Source: Chthoniobacteraceae bacterium
GTDB lineage: Bacteria; Verrucomicrobiota; Verrucomicrobiia; Chthoniobacterales; Chthoniobacteraceae
Assembly: GCA_031409335.1 (NCBI GenBank)
Contig: JANNWY010000095.1
Span: forward strand, 26,994-90,993
Length of the DNA: 64,000 nucleotides
Direction of reading: 5' to 3'
The position numbers were made by a program, and so were the translations under genes. Positions within the stretch are counted from its first letter, which is position 1; every line of letters starts with the position of its first letter. The notes under the pieces are model-generated. The model was not told the origin of the DNA. It was given only the letters and a program-made list of their open reading frames with translations, and made no database searches. Positions 32,035-41,000 of this stretch are shown here, piece after piece.

Positions 32035-32736
32035 ATGAAAGCGCTCCCGTCCCCGCTCGCCGCGGCACTTTTCCTCGCGCCATTTTTCGCTCAAGCCGGC
32101 GCGGTCATCCGCGAAGATGGAGCCGTCTATCTCGAAGACTTCATCAAGCAGCCCATCCACCTCACCATTCTCGCGGAAACCAGCATCTTTTACCAAAGCG
32201 ATCTCAAGCGCTATCTCGGCACCATCCGAAAAGGGCAGATCGTCGAACTTCAGGCCGTCGGTGAAAACGCGTATCGCATCCGCGGCAAGGCGCAGCAAGG
32301 ACAGGTCGCCGGATGGGTGACGGCAGCCTCGCTGAGTCCGCTGAAACAGGAATTTCTCGACAACCTGCGCAAGAACGCCGCGCGTAAATCCGAAGTGGAC
32401 ACGCTCATCGCAAAAAACGAAGTCGCCGTGAACATGACCCCGGAAGAAGTCGTGAAAGCGCTCGGCAAAGTGTCGAAGAAAACCTCGCGCCTCGATGCCA
32501 ATGGCCGCGAGGAAGTATGGGAATTCATCCGCTACGATCGCGTGCCGCAGCAAGTGACCTCGTATGACCGCAATGGCCGCCTCGTCACGAACATCGTTTA
32601 CGTGAAAGTGCCCAGCGGCAAGCTGGCCGTGACATTTCAAGACAACCTCGTGAGCGCGCTGGAAAAAACCGAAGGAACCCTCGACCGCGACGCGCGCGTG
32701 AAGATCGTTTCCGCACCGATCACCGTCGCATTTTAG
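32035..32736 (+). CDS. Secreted hypothetical protein (possible SH3-like plus SmpA/OmlA-like modules)
   Basis: Signal peptide; GQIVEL..AGWV (SH3-like); MTPEEVVKALG..EVWEF (SmpA/BamE-like). Confidence 0.7.
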   Translation: MKALPSPLAAALFLAPFFAQAGAVIREDGAVYLEDFIKQPIHLTILAETSIFYQSDLKRYLGTIRKGQIVELQAVGENAYRIRGKAQQGQVAGWVTAASLSPLKQEFLDNLRKNAARKSEVDTLIAKNEVAVNMTPEEVVKALGKVSKKTSRLDANGREEVWEFIRYDRVPQQVTSYDRNGRLVTNIVYVKVPSGKLAVTFQDNLVSALEKTEGTLDRDARVKIVSAPITVAF

Positions 32737-32795
32737 CGCCCAAGCGGCGGTTGACGCCCGCGGCATTCTCGATTACCTCACGCCTTCACAAAAGC

Positions 32796-32870
32796 GGCGG
32801 GGTAGCCAAGTGGTAAGGCAGGGCTCTGCAAAAGCCCTATTCGAGAGTTCGATTCTCTCCCCCGCCTCCA
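32796..32870 (+). tRNA. tRNA-Cys (GCA)
   Basis: GGCGGGG/CCCCGCC acceptor stem, D-arm AGCCAAGTGGTAAGGC, anticodon arm AGGGC-TCTGCAAAA-GCCCT, T-loop GTTCGATT, discriminator T and encoded CCA. Confidence 0.95.
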
Positions 32871-33022
32871 TTCAAGGCGGCAGCAAGGTTTGCGGGCGAT
32901 TGCGTTTCTGCGAAACAGGAAAACGAGGACCGAAGTCGGAACCCTTTGGCGAAACAGTGTGCCGCCTCGTCAGCGAGAGAATGTTCGCCAATCCGCAATG
33001 GGGCGCGGTAATTTCCAATTGC

Positions 33023-34033
33023 ATGTTTTCCCGTATCTTTTCGATGACCATGACGACGCTCGTTCTCGCCATGCACGCGCAGGCCGATCCGCTTGCGGAA
33101 CTGGCGGCGTTTTCCTCTTTCAAAAGCGTCAGTCTCGACAAACTCGCGGGGGGCTCGGTGATGGCGACTCGCGGGCCAGTGATGAGTTCTTCGCGCGGGC
33201 TGGCGGTCGAAAGTTGTTACGTCATTCGCAAGCCGCTGACACGCGCGATCGCGCTGCACCAGCAGTGGAGTCCACTGAAACATCCGGAACTGAAAGTCTG
33301 GCTGCATGGCGATCTCACGGCGCGGTCGGGGCCTGGCGATTTTCATAGGCTGCGTTCGGCACCGTCGAATGCCGCGGTGAAGGCATTCGTCTTTGCCACG
33401 CAAAAGCTGGCGTCGGGTGGCGCGGATTTGCAGTTGAGCAAGGCGGAGATGGGTGCGTTTGCGGGAACGCCGGGCGCGGATTCGGGGGCGATGCCGGAGA
33501 AGGTGGTGAACTTTTGGGGCGGCGTGCTTTCACAGCGTTTGCAGGCTTATGCAAGCGGCGGCCTTGGACGACTGGCACCTTACGAAAATGCGGGGGAGGC
33601 GATCCGGCCGGCGGATGAAGTGGCGCGTCTGCTGAAGGATGCGAGCAAAGTGCGCGGGCAGTTTTCCGCGCTGATCGATGGCTCGAAGGGCGGGCTCACG
33701 CCGACGCTTTATTGGGAGCTGGTGAATGTGGAAGACTCTGCCGCGGTGAATCTCGGCGCATCTTACGCGAAGCCCGGCACGAACACGTGGCAGGGTCTCG
33801 ACGTGCAATTTTACGCGAGCGGCGGTTACTGCGCGCTGCTGAGTTTCGTGCAGATGTGGCCGGTAAATGTCGGCGGACAGGACGCGACGCTCGTCTGGCG
33901 CGGCGACCTGATTTCCTCGGCGATGCTGGCTTCACTGAAGGGCGTGGAGCGCATGGGATCGAGCACGGCGATGATGCGCGAGACGCAGAAATTCATCGAG
34001 CGCTTCCTGAGCGACGCGGCAAAGGCACCGTGA
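33023..34033 (+). CDS. Secreted hypothetical protein
   Basis: Signal peptide ending AQA-DP. The ORF-track extension upstream overlaps the tRNA and is rejected. The stop overlaps the next GTG. Confidence 0.7.
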   Translation: MFSRIFSMTMTTLVLAMHAQADPLAELAAFSSFKSVSLDKLAGGSVMATRGPVMSSSRGLAVESCYVIRKPLTRAIALHQQWSPLKHPELKVWLHGDLTARSGPGDFHRLRSAPSNAAVKAFVFATQKLASGGADLQLSKAEMGAFAGTPGADSGAMPEKVVNFWGGVLSQRLQAYASGGLGRLAPYENAGEAIRPADEVARLLKDASKVRGQFSALIDGSKGGLTPTLYWELVNVEDSAAVNLGASYAKPGTNTWQGLDVQFYASGGYCALLSFVQMWPVNVGGQDATLVWRGDLISSAMLASLKGVERMGSSTAMMRETQKFIERFLSDAAKAP

Positions 34034-34914
34034 AAACTTTCAACATCATGTTCACTCGGACGTTCGCCAAAATCATCGTCAGCGCGGGACTCGTGGCCAC
34101 ACCAGCATTTGCCGCGTCGTGGGAAACCGAGGTCAGTTTCTCTGCGGTCGCAGACTCGAAATTCGAGAGCCGTTCATTTCGTGGCGATGTGAGTGAAGTG
34201 GATTTCGGCGTCCGCGCAGTAGCCTCGCATCAGTTCGGTGGCAGCCCGCTTTTTCGCATGGGTGTCGAGTGGCGGCGATACGATTTCAGCCTGCCGCGGC
34301 GCGCGCCACTTCCCGACAAGCTGCAATCACTCGCACTCGTTCTCGGCGCGGATTTTCAGATCGGCGATGCCTGGCTTTTCCGACTGGAAGCCACACCCGG
34401 TTTCTACCACGGCGGCACCGATCTCGGCGCGGATGGTTTTAATGTGCCGGTGCTGTTCGGTGGCTCCTATTTTGTGAATGCCGACCTGCAATTCATCGCG
34501 GGCATCGAGCTGGATGTAAACCGCAAGTATCCCGTGCTCGGCGCGATCGGGGTGCGGTGGAAGTTCGCGACAAATTTCGTGCTGAATGCCGTCCTGCCTG
34601 CGCCGCGTCTGGAGTATAGCTTCAGCAAATCGCTGACTGGCTACATCGGCGCGGACATTCGCGAAACGACCTATCGCATGGAAAGCGGCTTCGGACGCTC
34701 GCGTGGCCAGCGGAAACTCGACAGCGCGATCGTGGACCATACGCAAATCCGTGTCGGCATCGGCGCGACATGGAACATCAATTCGACTTTCACCCTTGAA
34801 GCCGAGGCGGGCATCGTCGCCTATCACGAGCTGAATTATCACCGCGCCGAGGTCGGTGTGAAATCCGATGGCTACCCAGCCTATGGCGGCCTCTCGCTAA
34901 AGGCCGCGTTCTGA
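34030..34914 (+). CDS. Outer-membrane beta-barrel protein (DUF6268-like)
   Basis: Signal peptide, amphipathic strands, PVLGAIGVRW..AVLPAPRLEY and a C-terminal F. Start is GTG 34030 or ATG 34048. Confidence 0.72.
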   Translation: MKTFNIMFTRTFAKIIVSAGLVATPAFAASWETEVSFSAVADSKFESRSFRGDVSEVDFGVRAVASHQFGGSPLFRMGVEWRRYDFSLPRRAPLPDKLQSLALVLGADFQIGDAWLFRLEATPGFYHGGTDLGADGFNVPVLFGGSYFVNADLQFIAGIELDVNRKYPVLGAIGVRWKFATNFVLNAVLPAPRLEYSFSKSLTGYIGADIRETTYRMESGFGRSRGQRKLDSAIVDHTQIRVGIGATWNINSTFTLEAEAGIVAYHELNYHRAEVGVKSDGYPAYGGLSLKAAF

Positions 34915-34917
34915 TTC

Positions 34918-36111
34918 GTGCCCGCAGTTGTCGCCGATCATCGCACTGCCGACTTCGGCGCAGACGCGCTGCGTTATCGCACGACGAGCGGCGATGCGTG
35001 GGTGGTCGCGTCCGCCGCGCGCATTCCCGCGGAGCTACGCCGCACCGCGCTGGCGGGACGCAACAAGGATTTCCGCTACTACGCGCTGCTGGAGGAAACC
35101 CTGCGGGAACAATTCGACTACCGCTATTTCGTGCTGCGTGACGAAGCCTCCGGCGAGTGGGCGATCCAGCCGCTTTTTTTTGTGAATCAGGATTTACTCG
35201 GTGGCCTGCCAAAGGCGGTGCGTTCGCTCTTTGCACCCATCCGCAAACTGTGGCCGCGCTTCCTCAAGTTGCGCATGATGATGATTGGCTGCGCAGCCGG
35301 AGAGGGTGAACTCGATCACGCCGGGCCTTGGCTCGCGGAGGCATTGCGCGAGACGATTGATGCCTACCGTCCGCACGCGCGCGCGTCGCTGATTTTGTTC
35401 AAGGATTTCCCGTCGATGTATCGGGACTCGCTCCACTCACTCGCAAAGCACGGCTACCAACGCGCACCGAGCATGCCCTCCGCCCGGCTGGAGTTGGACT
35501 TCGCGGATTTCGAGGAATACATGACCGCCCGGCTGAGCAAAGTCTTCCGCAAAAACCTCCGCCGGAAACTGCGCGCCTCGGAAAGCTCCGCACCGATCAC
35601 GATGGAAGTGCTCCCCGACGCGGCGCACTTGGTGGACGAGATATACCCGCTTTACCGCCAGACTTACGAACGCTCGGATTTTAAGTTCGAAGAGTTGAAC
35701 AAGGAATACTTTGCGCTCATCGGCAAACGGCAGTCGGATCGCGCGCGCTATTTCATCTGGCGGCAGGGCGGACGGATCATCGCCTTCAATCTCTGCCTTA
35801 TCCACGATGGCACCCTGCAAGACCTTGATGTTGGCCTCGACTACTCGGTCGCGCTTGATCTGCACCTTTACTTCCGCACCTGGCGCGACGTCATCGAGTG
35901 GTGCCTGAGCAACGGGGTGACCGCCTATTCCACCGGCCCGCTGAACTACGATCCGAAGCTACACCTCAAGCTCACCCTTTCCCCGCTCGACCTCTACGCG
36001 CGCCACAACTCTCCTTTCATCAATCCCATCTTTAAGATCGCCATCAAGTATCTCGAACCCACCCGGCACGATCCCATCCTCAAGCGTTTCAGCAACGCGC
36101 ATGAACTCTAG
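34918..36111 (+). CDS. GNAT/FemAB-like acyltransferase
   Basis: FADFEEYMTARLSKVFRKNLRRKLR, FEELNKEYF, IIAFNLC, VGLDYS..LYF, YDPKLHL, a double-GNAT FemABX-like pattern. Confidence 0.8.
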   Translation: MPAVVADHRTADFGADALRYRTTSGDAWVVASAARIPAELRRTALAGRNKDFRYYALLEETLREQFDYRYFVLRDEASGEWAIQPLFFVNQDLLGGLPKAVRSLFAPIRKLWPRFLKLRMMMIGCAAGEGELDHAGPWLAEALRETIDAYRPHARASLILFKDFPSMYRDSLHSLAKHGYQRAPSMPSARLELDFADFEEYMTARLSKVFRKNLRRKLRASESSAPITMEVLPDAAHLVDEIYPLYRQTYERSDFKFEELNKEYFALIGKRQSDRARYFIWRQGGRIIAFNLCLIHDGTLQDLDVGLDYSVALDLHLYFRTWRDVIEWCLSNGVTAYSTGPLNYDPKLHLKLTLSPLDLYARHNSPFINPIFKIAIKYLEPTRHDPILKRFSNAHEL

Positions 36112-36481
36112 CGACGCACGTCACCCATTCGCGCAACTAGCCATCAGCTTCCTGCTCTCCGCAGGCGCGCAAGTGTGGCTGAAGTTGGGCGCGGGCAGCG
36201 AGGAAAGCGCGCTCGGTTTTGCCAGCCTGCAATCGCCGTGGGTCTGGCTTGGCATCGTGGCTACCATCGGCAGCCTGCTCACATGGCTGAACGCGCTTCG
36301 CACCGTCCCGCTGAGTCTCGCATTCGCCCTCGCCGGGATTATTCACGCGTTGGTTCCGCTGGCGTCGTGGCTCTTTCTTGCGGAAGCCATTTCGGGGAAA
36401 CGCTGGATAGGCATCACCCTCGTCATCGCCGGCGTGGTCGTCAGCGCGAAGCCCGCGACGATCGTGGAGGGAAAGCTGTGA
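36101..36481 (+). CDS. SMR/EamA-like small membrane protein (ArnE/ArnF-like subunit)
   Basis: 4 TMs; AQVWLKLG, WLNALRTVPLSLAF, LFLAEAISGKRWIG. Confidence 0.82.
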   Translation: MNSSDARHPFAQLAISFLLSAGAQVWLKLGAGSEESALGFASLQSPWVWLGIVATIGSLLTWLNALRTVPLSLAFALAGIIHALVPLASWLFLAEAISGKRWIGITLVIAGVVVSAKPATIVEGKL

Positions 36482-36810
36482 ACCCCGCCAGCATCGCTCT
36501 CCTCGCTCTGTTCCTCGCGTGCTCGATTGCCGGCCAGTTGTTATTCAAATCGGCGATGAGCGACACGACTTCGCGCAGGAATTCCGCGCTGACGCTGACC
36601 GGCGGCATAGCCTTCATGGCGCTGGGATTCTTTGTCTGGCAGGGCCTTCTCGCGCGTTTCGAACTCAGTTTCCTCTACCCATTCGAGGCGCTGGATCGCC
36701 TCTTCATTCTCCCTGCGGCTGCGTTTTTTCTCCGTGAAAAAATCACCGCGCAACTCTGGATCGGCGTGTTCCTAATCGTCGGTGGCGTGATGCTCGTCGC
36801 CTCCAGTTAG
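36478..36810 (+). CDS. SMR/EamA-like small membrane protein (second ArnE/ArnF-like subunit)
   Basis: The GTG overlaps the previous stop. 110 aa with GQLLFK, ELSFLYPF, FLREKI..WIG. Confidence 0.8.
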   Translation: MNPASIALLALFLACSIAGQLLFKSAMSDTTSRRNSALTLTGGIAFMALGFFVWQGLLARFELSFLYPFEALDRLFILPAAAFFLREKITAQLWIGVFLIVGGVMLVASS

Positions 36811-37641
36811 AGCGGGCCAGATGGTTTGGAAGGCGCGCAGGTTCGCGTCGAAGCTATGCCGACGAGTTTGTGCGGGGTGATCGAAGTGCGCCGCCACACG
36901 CTGAGTCCACGTCTTGTATTCCTGAGCCGAGTACGCGCCGCATAAGTCTCCGCCGATAATCGTTCCACTCGCCGACAACTCGGCAATCGCCCATTTCAAA
37001 TCCTCCGCCGTGAACAATCCACTCTCCCAGTTCGTTACCGCTTCCGACCTGTCGAGACAATCCAGATCGACCGTCACATAGACTCCGTCGGTGGATAGCC
37101 CGCGCGCGAAGTCGCTGAACTGCCCGCGCCAGTCTTTGCGCGTCATCCCGCGCCAGCGCCACCGACCGGAAGCGTTCAAGCGTTCCGTCCACGGCCACAC
37201 CGCCATCTGTTTTTCGCGAAGCGCGCGCCGACTTGCAAAGAGATAGCCTGGCCAGTTCAGTTCAAAATTCCCGCAACCCCACACTGCCACCTTTTGCAGC
37301 CGAGGATGCTCCAGCGCACGATTGATCCACGTGCCGCAGCCCCAGCGCGGCGGACGGATATCCCAATCGGGATGATTGTCGAATGACACGAGCGTGAATG
37401 GCTGCGCAATGTTCCGAATCCACAGCGCGCTCAAATGGTGAAAGTCACCCGAACCAAACAGCGTGAATTTCGCAGTGTTGCTCCGAACCGATTCGTAGAA
37501 CGCTTCGACCTCCCGCGCGCTCGTGCAGTAGCGCAACCGCGGCCCCCAAGCGCGCACATCGACGTAAGTGCCGGGTGGTGTTGCGTCTGGGGACCACGCT
37601 CCATCGAGATCGAAGTGGACGCAGTGTGGAAGGGACGACAT
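36772..37641 (-). CDS. Arginase/ureohydrolase-fold protein
   Basis: GSGDFHH, FDNHPD and VTVDLDCL metal-binding motifs. Convergent with the SMR gene, overlapping it by 39 nt. Confidence 0.8.
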   Translation of the reverse strand: MSSLPHCVHFDLDGAWSPDATPPGTYVDVRAWGPRLRYCTSAREVEAFYESVRSNTAKFTLFGSGDFHHLSALWIRNIAQPFTLVSFDNHPDWDIRPPRWGCGTWINRALEHPRLQKVAVWGCGNFELNWPGYLFASRRALREKQMAVWPWTERLNASGRWRWRGMTRKDWRGQFSDFARGLSTDGVYVTVDLDCLDRSEAVTNWESGLFTAEDLKWAIAELSASGTIIGGDLCGAYSAQEYKTWTQRVAAHFDHPAQTRRHSFDANLRAFQTIWPALTGGDEHHATDD

Positions 37642-37785
37642 CGAGTGCGGCACGCGGGCCGAAACGTAGATTCGCAGCGCGGAGCGGCAAGTGTATTTCC
37701 GGTGAAAGCATCTGCCCTGTGGATTGAAAAACACGACCCTTCAAAATCAAAACGCAGGCGGGTCGGAGGGTGCCAGGCTGGTTTT

Positions 37786-37910
37786 ACAATTCGGGAAGCA
37801 CTGGCCTGCGGGCCAAACTATTGTCCTGCCAGGGCTTGCCACTTCGACTCCCAAAACCCAGGGCGTTGCGCTCGGCTGGCATGTCTCAGCCCCTTGGGCT
37901 GGCTGAATTG
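37786..37910. repeat. Degenerate copy of the CCCAGGGCGTTGC palindrome family
   Basis: ACCCAGGGCGTTGCGCTCGGCT at about 37856 resembles ACCCAGGGCGTTGCCCTGGGCT in the 3211-3452 element. There are weakly paired flanks CAATTC/GAATTG. Confidence 0.45.
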
Positions 37911-38035
37911 GCTGTTCACAAAATGCCTATTCCGCTGACTCGGAAATAACAAATCGTGACGATGGGCCGCATATTTTACCCGTGGCGGAATCGCCGTGTC
38001 GCGACAACCATTGCTACGGACCTGCGCCTTTCCCC

Positions 38036-41000
38036 ATGCTCCACCTAAGACTCACTCACGGCCTCTGGTGCATCGTTCTCGCGATGCTCATGGCGGCCGG
38101 TTTCGCGGCACCGGTGCCGGTGACGAGTGTGACGATGAGTGGCAGCCAGCTCACGGCGCTCGACATCAATGGGAACACGTATCCGCAGGCGCAGTTGGTG
38201 TTGCCCACGGTGACAGCGTTTGCGGCGGGTGCGGCGACGGTGCCGATGGTGCCAAATGGCGCGGCGGCTCCGGCGGCGGGCGCGCGCAAGACGCTCTTGC
38301 ATGACTGGCTGCTGGATTCGGGACTCATCAATCCGGCGGTCGGCGCGGGCACGGTGACGGTGACTTTTTCGACGCCGATCGTGAATCGCGCGGGCGCGGA
38401 TATTGTGTTCATGGAAATCAATCCCGGCGCGACTTCGGACGCGATGCAGGTGACGATCAACGGGAACACGCAAGTCGTCGCGAGCGGGTCTTGGGGCGCG
38501 ACGGGATTTGCGACGGCGGGCGCGGATCTTTACAGCACGGGCTCGACGGTCGCGACGCTCGCGGCGTTGGAATCGGCGACGCTCACGCTGAACAGCGCGG
38601 ACATTTCGCAGAATGTTTTCGGCGTCGGGATCGACCTGTCGGATTTCGGCGTCGCGGCGAATGCGAGCGTGGCGAGCATCAATTTTGGGTCGAGCGGGAC
38701 GACGTTCGATCCGGTCTTCATCGCGGGCATCAATGGCACGGGGACGCCGCCCGCAGGGCCAGTGACGCTGCCGTACGTGGAGCCGTTCACGGCGGGCGCG
38801 GGCGCGCTCACCGCGGGCGCGGAGTGGGTCGCGACAGGCGGCGCGTATCGCAACACGATCACCGCGGCGAGCGCGGCATCGACGGCGCATTTTCTCACGA
38901 ACGATCTCAGCGGCACGCCGCCCGCGGGCTTTTTTCTGTCGTCGAAATTCACGCTCGTCTCGCAGACGACCACGGGGAACGCAGTCGGCTTCGCGCTCTT
39001 CGGGACGAACTCCGGCTTAACCGGCGGCGTGAATTTTCCCTACTACCTTTTCGATTTCCGCCCCGGCGCGAACGTGCTGCGTTTCCTGCGCGTTGGCGTG
39101 AACAACACGGCGTTTTTCCCCGACACGACGCTGCAAACGATGAGCGTGAACACCGCGCAACCGTTCACGCTGGAAGTGCTCGGGCGCTACGAATTCGGCG
39201 CGCTCGTGATGAATCTCACGGTGCGGCAGGGCGCGTTGAGTGAGACGTTTTACGTCGTCGATACGGAGCCGCTCACGACCGGATTTTTCGCGTATCGCAA
39301 TCGCACCGGCGCGGGCGGCGCGCTCACGGTGAATTGCGACGACTTCACGCTGCGGCGCGTTTCCACCGGGTCGTTTGTGGCAACGCCGGAGCCGTTCGCG
39401 CGCGTCGGCGCGGTGTATTCGTCGGTCGTCTCGGCGGTGTCGGACATCGGCGCGGTGGTGGCGCTCACCGCGCCGACGCTGCCGCCGTGGATGATTTTCA
39501 CGCCGGGTGGAAACGGCTCGGGCACCCTCTCCGGCACGCCGCCGGCGGTCGGCGGATACAGCATCGCGCTCGCGGGGAGCGATGCGGAGGGCGGCGCGCT
39601 GGCGCAGACTTTTAACGTGTCGGTGCTAGAGCCGACGGGTGTTTTCATCAGCGAATTCCTCGCGGAAAATGACAGCGGCCTGCGCGATGAGGACGGCGAT
39701 CAGCCGGACTGGATCGAGCTTTTCAACTCGGACGATGCACCCGCGAATGTCAGCGGCTGGTGGCTGACCGACAATCCCGGCATCCCGATGAAATGGGCGA
39801 TCCCGGCCGGTGTCACGATTCCCGCGCGGGGCTTTCTTGTCATTTTCGCCTCGGAGAAAAATCGCACCGCTCCGCAACTCCACACCGACTTCAAGCTCAC
39901 CAATTCCGCAGGCGGCTATCTCTCGCTGCGATTTCCGGGCGGCGGGGTCGCGGCGGAATACTTCGGCTATCCGGCCCAGCGCGCGGACAAAAGCTACGGC
40001 GCGTACGGCAGCTACACGCCGCGCGGCTTTCTGCTGAAGCCGACACCCGGCGCTGCGAACGACGCGGTGGGTTACTCGGACTTCGTGGCGACTCTCGCCT
40101 TTTCGGTGACGCGCGGATTTTACACCACACCGCAGACCGTCGCGGTGTCGTGCGCCACGCCCGGCGCGACGCTCGCGTCCACGCTCGACGGCTCCACGCC
40201 CACGCTCACCAACGGCGCGCAGTCTGCGTCGCCGCTCGTGCTGAATGTGAGCGCGACGACCGTGCTGCGCGTCGCCGCGTTCGCGCATGGACTCGCACCG
40301 AGCGCGGTGCAGACACAGAGCTATTTTTTCCTCGAAGACATCCGCGTGCAGCAGCAGCCAGCGGGCTGGCCGAGCGGGCCGGTGAATGGGCAGGTGCTCA
40401 ACTACGGCATGGACCCGGACATCACCGGCAGCGTCACCGCGCAGCAGATGAAAAACGCGCTCGCCGCGCTGCCGACGATCTCGCTCACGACCGATCTCTC
40501 GAATCTTTTCGACCCCGCGACCGGCATCTACGTGAACCCGTACGGACGCGAGGAGGGCTACGAGCGCGCGGTTTCCGTGGAGCTGATGAATGCGGATAAC
40601 TCGCCCGGTTTTGCCATCAATGCCGGGCTCGCGATTCGCGGTGGCTTCAGCCGGCAGGGGACGAATCCGAAGCACAATCTGCATCTCTATTTTCGCGGGA
40701 AATACGGGGCGTCGAAACTGAGCTATCCGCTCTTCGGCGATGAGGGCGCGGATGAGTTTGACCGCATCGACCTGAAGACTTCGCAAGGTGCCGCATGGCA
40801 CGCGAACGGTGACATCAACGCGACCTACAATCGCGATGAATGGAACCGGCTCACGCACGGCGCGATGGGTCATCCCTACACCCGCAGCCGCTACTATAAT
40901 CTCTACATCGACGGGCATTACTGGGGCATCTACGTCACCCAGGAGCGCGCGGACTCGGCGTATGCGTCGTCGTATTTCGGTGGGAAAAGCGAGGACTACG

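Noticed and set aside
32751..32780. Sigma70 promoter for tRNA-Cys (TTGACG...)
   Set aside because: The -35 is good but there is no convincing -10 at 16-18 nt spacing, so it is not called.
32796..33022. Genomic island integrated at tRNA-Cys
   Set aside because: No integrase gene and no duplicate of the tRNA 3' end was found in the window.
32810..33022. 5' extension of the 407-aa ORF
   Set aside because: It overlaps tRNA-Cys; the signal peptide begins at ATG 33023.
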